A DNA stretch of 64,000 nucleotides, from positions 992,001-1,056,000 of the forward strand of contig NW_026250411.1 in the NCBI RefSeq assembly GCF_024521635.1. The letters run 5' to 3'. This stretch comes from Tricharina praecox (taxonomy: Eukaryota). Below the pieces are notes generated by a model that was not told the origin of the DNA, searched no databases, and saw only the letters and a list, made by a program, of their open reading frames with translations. Both the position numbers and the translations under genes were made by a program. Of this stretch, positions 61,932-64,000 are shown piece after piece (position 1 is the stretch's first letter; each line of letters opens with the position of its first letter).

Positions 61932-62739
61932 CCGGTAGTGTTCGAATTGTGCAGCAGGGAAGGAGGAAGATAGATGGAGTTGGAGCTTGCCGCTTTGATA
62001 GAGTAGAAGGGGTGTTGTTTCTTTTTTTCCTTTTGCTCTTCCCACTTCCCAACACTATCATCCCTCTACCTCCCCCCACGCTTTTGTTCCCCTTTTGGGC
62101 ATTTTTTTTTATCGATACCTCTTATAGGGTCTTATCTACCTATCCTGTCTGTCTTGTCTTCCGGCCGTGTTGTGTTGTGGTTAATGATGTTGCATGTAAG
62201 AATTGTGGTATTCATTGCGGCGTACTGGCGAGGTTTCTGTTTGTTTGTTATTTTTTTCTCCCGTTTATTGATTGATTACGTCAAGTCGCAAGTTGCAGAG
62301 CATGCGGGGCAGCGTGTTAAAACTACATCTGTTTTTCATTTCTAGAATGCAACACAATGCGATGCTCGCTCACGAGATTCTGTGTATCTTTTTACTTTTT
62401 GTTTGGATGTGATGTGATGATGGCCAAACGCAAACTGCCGTGTCGCCGCCGTCCCCGCCGCCGCTCGTGCCGGATGCGCATGTGGAGGAGGAGGAGGGTG
62501 TGAGAGTGTGGTGGGATGGTCGGAGCAGTTCCGTCCGCACTGCTGATGATCGGCGGGTGTTTCGGTTCTAGGCTTCTGGATCTGGATGCGGTCGTGAGGG
62601 GGGGTGTTCCGGTGCATGTAATCACATGGTATCACTCGAGTGTTGGGATGGTAATGGAGAATCTGGACTGTAGTAAAGAAACTCCCCCCGCATCTAAAGC
62701 TTTCATTCCTTTTTTTCTATCACCGATAGAACACGATAT

Positions 62740-63920
62740 CTATGACTTATCCAACCTGACCGCAGCATTGTTCTCGATGAATCCCAGATCGACCTTATGG
62801 CCAAGGAGCTCACGAATATTGCTAACCTTGTATCTGATCATTGTCGGACGCTCAAGCGACAATCCCCATCCGTAGACGCGCAGGTCCTTGGGCAGTCCCA
62901 TGCTCTCGAGCATTTCGGGGCGGAACATGCCCGAGTTCCCGATCTCGACCCACTTTCCGAGGCCCTTGTGCTCGCCAAAGATCTCCATTGACGGCTCCGT
63001 GTACGGGTTGTACGCCGGCTTGAACCGCAGGTCGTCGATCCCCATCTTCCGGAAGAACTCCTTCATGAACCCGATCAGCCCGCCGAGGGTGAGCCCGTAG
63101 TCGGCGATCACGCCCTCGACTTGGTGGAACTCTGCGAGGTGTGTCGCGTCCACCGTCTCGTTGCGGAAGACTCGGTCGATAGAGAAGTACCGTGCCGGCC
63201 CGGGGTTCTGTGCCAGCTTGTGCAGCATCGCGACGGAGGTGGCGGTCGTGTGCGTGCGCAGCACGAGGCGGAGCGCTTCCTCGGCCCGCCAGGGGTAGCG
63301 GTACCCCGCTGAGCCGTATTTGCCCTGCTCGTGCACTTCGCGCACGTTGTTCCAGTACTCGGTGTCCTCCGGGAGATCGGCAACCGCCGGGTCCGAGATG
63401 TAGAAGGTGTCTTGCAGGTCGCGCGCGGGGTGCTGCTGCGGCACGAACAGCGTGTCGAAGTTCCAGAAGCCGGATTCCACAAAGCTGTGGTCATTGCGTC
63501 AGCAGTCCGCCCCACCACCGCCACAGCGTCAGATGCGTGTGGCATAGGTATACGTACCGGTCGGTCGACATCTCGGTGAATCCCATCTCGAAGAAGATAT
63601 TCCTGAACTCGTGGCGGACCTTATTGAGGGGGTGTAGGGCACCGCTGTTCTGCTTCGCGCCGAGCGCGGCAAAGTTGTACGCCTTGAACGTCTTCTCCTT
63701 CCAAGCACCTCCGGCCACCATCTCCGCGGTCAGATCCGTCTCCTCGCGCACTATCTGCAGCGCGAACTTGGCCCCCTTGTTGATCAGGAAGCTGATCCGC
63801 TTGTTCATCACGACAAGCTTGCGCTTCTTCAGGTCCGCGAGAATCTTAACGTCCGGATACGTCTGCGTCTCCGCGATCACGTTCAGCTGCTCGCGCGTCA
63901 CGTCTTTGATCGAGTCGGCC
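62740..63920 (-). CDS. FRS2: Cytoplasmic phenylalanyl-tRNA synthetase alpha subunit (5' end outside the window)
   Basis: [87 protein letters not shown] and [11 protein letters not shown]. Confidence 0.97.
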
Positions 63921-64000
63921 TGTACACACACATTGTCATCAGCCTTTCCCGTACCATACCCATAAATCGTTTCATCTCAACTCAATAGGGAGTGGCAGAC

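Noticed and set aside
1..64000. tRNA, 5S, snRNA, TPP riboswitch and TGA-CTA readthrough signals
   Set aside because: I found no convincing matches by eye; a covariance-model scan (tRNAscan-SE, Infernal) is needed to exclude them formally.

Overview
Intron-containing genomic DNA from a filamentous ascomycete (Pezizomycotina; Pezizomycetes is my inference). I support 14 protein-coding genes, built by hand from splice signals and family motifs: Mis13/Dsn1, nsdD/sub-1-type GATA factor, glutamate-cysteine ligase, a CsbD/HMP1-like stress protein, SOF1, UBA1, PEX4, a small basic orphan with a Gly-rich tail, a TNA1/Dal5-family MFS transporter, a Cys-type glutathione peroxidase, TAF12, coatomer epsilon, a HAD phosphatase and a partial PheRS alpha subunit. 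I recognised no tRNA, rRNA, transposon or CRISPR array; most short ORFs in the track are microsatellite or antisense shadows. The most unusual structure is regulatory. A ~16.6 kb gene-free region precedes nsdD and ends in a ~1.95 kb stretch with no sense ATG, whose last 103 codons are open in frame with NsdD and encode KRKKK. That region also holds a distal spliced exon followed by a 3-nt micro-exon, and is strongly enriched for TACTCTA/TAGAGTA. Several genes (uba1, taf12, gpx, nsdD) carry candidate alternative termini that would switch localisation, and SOF1 needs a GC-AG intron right after its ATG. All isoform and binding-site claims are inferences that need RNA-seq, Ribo-seq or comparative genomics.
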